A stretch of DNA of 63,566 nt, filler included, from Choristocarpus tenellus KU-1152 (lineage: Eukaryota; Protista; Phaeophyceae), in assembly GCA_964200185.2 (NCBI GenBank). It is 13 parts of 13 records of this genome, joined end to end, with 100 filler letters (N's around TTAATTAATTAA, not from the genome) between each part and the next. Parts side by side here need not be neighbours in the genome. Positions count along the whole stretch, not along the records: positions 59,792 to 63,566 come from CAXNAD020017992.1; 12 more parts are not named here. The stretch is one strand, 5' to 3'. The notes under the pieces were generated by a model. That model saw only the letters and a program-made list of their open reading frames with translations, made no database searches and was not told where the DNA came from. Below are positions 61,600-63,566 of this stretch, one piece after another. Each line of letters begins with the position of its first letter. Within the stretch, counting starts at the first letter, position 1. Both the position numbers and the translations under genes were made by a program.

Positions 61600-63253
61600 C
61601 AAACAACCTCTCTGTTTTCTTTCTTGTACTTATAGTGTACTATGAGCCTATTCCTAAGCTCATCAAATCTATCTCCCTCTACACATACTCTTCAGACCCC
61701 CCTCCCCCCTGGTCCCTTGGCATGCCCAAACATGTGTAATCAGTGTAAGGGGTCACTGTAGAAGGCATCATGCAGACTAATATCCCCTCTCCAATCAGTG
61801 TCGCCCTCCAACTCTCTAAGGCCATCATATGAAAGAATGAAGCACATTTTGCAATATGCAACAAGTGAAGAGTATTTTATCTTCTTCCTTTCCGAATATA
61901 GTAGTGGCAGCTTGAGGATTCTGAAGCGGCCCTTGACTCTGCCAAAAAATCACTCGACATCCTTGTGTACACTCTCCACTCATTCGCTCCACCTTGCCTG
62001 CGCCTGTGTGACAGATGACATATTGTGCACCTCCGCTGCAAATGCAAAGATCGGGTTGGGCAAAGGAATGTTGACTTGCTAGTTTGATGAGCACTCATTT
62101 TCACAGGAGAGCTAACCCTAATATAGGCATGGCCGTACAGTCACGTTTTTCCTGTCACCTTGTGGTAGCCCCCATCGACAAGGACATGGGCCTCTTTCTC
62201 GGTGTAACAGTTCCCGACGGAGTCCTTGACGTTGTGCTCCAGCTGTCTGTATGCGGGGCCATTCCTAAGTTTCTGGATAGCACCATCATATCGAATTATT
62301 GTCTTATCGTTTTTGACTCCAGGAAACCCAGCCGTCACTCCCAGTGCAAATCCAGCATGTTCAACAGTCACTTCATAGGCAACCGTTGCGTAACCCTCGT
62401 TACCGATGTAATACAGGGCATCACTAATGGGCGCCCTCTCCCACTGCACATGTGTCACATCAGTGGAACCCACAGCATCAGAAACCTCCACAGCTCCATA
62501 CGTGCGCATGACCTCCCCCAAATCTTCGCCCTGTGGTAGATAAATCCACTTAGAGTACATATCACGCTCAAAACACTCACAGAACGGTGAAACGTGGTTT
62601 GTGCTGTGCTCTCAGATATACCGGAAAGTTGCTCGATATCACCCAAGCAGTTTCCCCTGGTGAGGATTTGGAGGACCGATAGCACCTGCAGGTGGCAAGT
62701 CACATCCAGTACTGTCAGACCAAAGGATGGTTGAATCTACAAGGCCTATCGAGGTAGCCCTTTCACAGACAAACTCTACTGGTGGGTATGCTTACCTTCA
62801 GCTTGACGGGTATGCCAGGGCGTCCGGTGGCATCTGCGGTTCGACAACCAAGTCACCCCTGCCTTTGTACCTCCTTTACAAGAGCTTCAAAGAAAACAAA
62901 TGGGATTCGGAACCGCCTCCTGAACTTCAGCGCCTCCTGCGAATGTACGCCTCTCACATCTTCCTCTCTCCCCAGATAACCCCCCACGAGCTCATCAAGT
63001 AAACGGGTCGGTCTTGGGTGATGCAACACCTGCGAAATAATGTTCTTCCTCCTCATCCTCCTTGTCCATCAAAGCATAGATGAGCAATATCCCGGTTGCA
63101 TTTATCCTAGATGATGTCTCCAACATAAAGGGGTAGATTCATCGAAAGACGATGAACTAGAAGACGACGATCTGGAAGACGATGAACTCGAGGATGATGA
63201 ACCTGAGGACGATGATATTCGGTCTCTCTCACTCTCTTCATCCATTTTGTCCA
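61600..63253 (-). mobile_element. PIF/Harbinger (DDE_Tnp_4-type) transposase pseudogene with two spliceosomal introns
   Basis: Motifs FRRRFRIP, GISEST, GSTDVTH, NDKTI, VDGGYHK, HKDVE.FFGRVKGRFRILK and CCILQN appear in order. GT-AG introns lie at 62795-62686 and 62158-62036. Stops and frameshifts are present. Confidence 0.88.
63146..63216. repeat. 15-bp degenerate tandem repeat x ~5 (poly-Ser N-terminus of the transposase on the minus strand)
   Basis: gacgatgaactagaa gacgacgatctggaa gacgatgaactcgag gatgatgaacctgag gacgatgat. Confidence 0.75.
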
Positions 63254-63462
63254 TCCTGAGTCAGATGTGGTATACGTAGTAACTAACTCTGTAGCTTCAA
63301 GCATATTGCCACGAACAACAACAGAGGGCAAATTGAAACACCAAGAATTCCGTTCAGATTTGCCTTGAAAATTGGTCAAGATTGGTCTCATCCACCCTCC
63401 GTTCAGTTTTGCCTCGTTCAGAAATGCCTCAAATTGCCGTATAATTGTCATTTGTCACGATT

Positions 63463-63566
63463 ATGTCAAAGTATCTGGGGGGGGGGGGGGCGGCGTCCGT
63501 TTTTGACCCTGGCTCAAAGTACCTGGGGGGGGGGGTGGGTGTCCATTTGGAGCGAAATGTTTCATA
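63463..63566 (+). mobile_element. Double (nested) terminus of the AAAGTATCT MITE family
   Basis: ATGTCAAAGTATCTGGGG at 63463, GGCTCAAAGTACCTGGGG at 63511, then TGTCCATTTGG. Confidence 0.8.

Noticed and set aside
1-63566. Functional gene cluster (e.g. SEL1L plus PLAA as an ERAD cluster, or RPC2 plus tRNA)
   Set aside because: The genes lie on different, artificially concatenated contigs, so adjacency is not evidence of linkage.
63463-63566. These termini as the TIR of the adjacent Harbinger element
   Set aside because: They point away from the transposase, and the family's 4-bp TSD does not fit Harbinger.

Overview
Eukaryotic, intron-rich genomic DNA, most consistent with a photosynthetic stramenopile such as a brown alga. 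This is an inference from the signal-plus-transit-like leader, TTAGGG repeats and the gene and transposon families present. The window is not contiguous. It comprises 13 short contigs joined by 12 identical artificial 100-nt linkers (N44-TTAATTAATTAA-N44), so adjacency across linkers has no biological meaning. Spliced, mostly contig-truncated genes reconstructed by hand are: a membrane-anchored tyrosinase-domain protein, eIF4E, a head-to-head Ser/Gly-rich unknown gene, a patatin-like phospholipase with two GC-AG introns, a SEL1L/Hrd3-like 3' end, the 3' end of RNA polymerase III subunit RPC2, a PLAA/Doa1-like WD40 gene and a RAD5/HLTF-like SNF2-RING helicase. One tRNA-Pro(AGG) gene is also present. 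Mobile DNA is abundant: a complete but dead mariner with Stowaway-type TIRs and its MITE derivative, an intron-containing PIF/Harbinger transposase, remnants of CRE-like and RTE-like LINEs, a copia fragment and a ~930-bp inverted repeat. There is also a frequent MITE family with AAAGTATCT termini. I found no convincing new multi-gene system. The most novel-looking signal is that this MITE family repeatedly has a second terminus ~45 bp inside another copy's terminus, which suggests self-targeted insertion.
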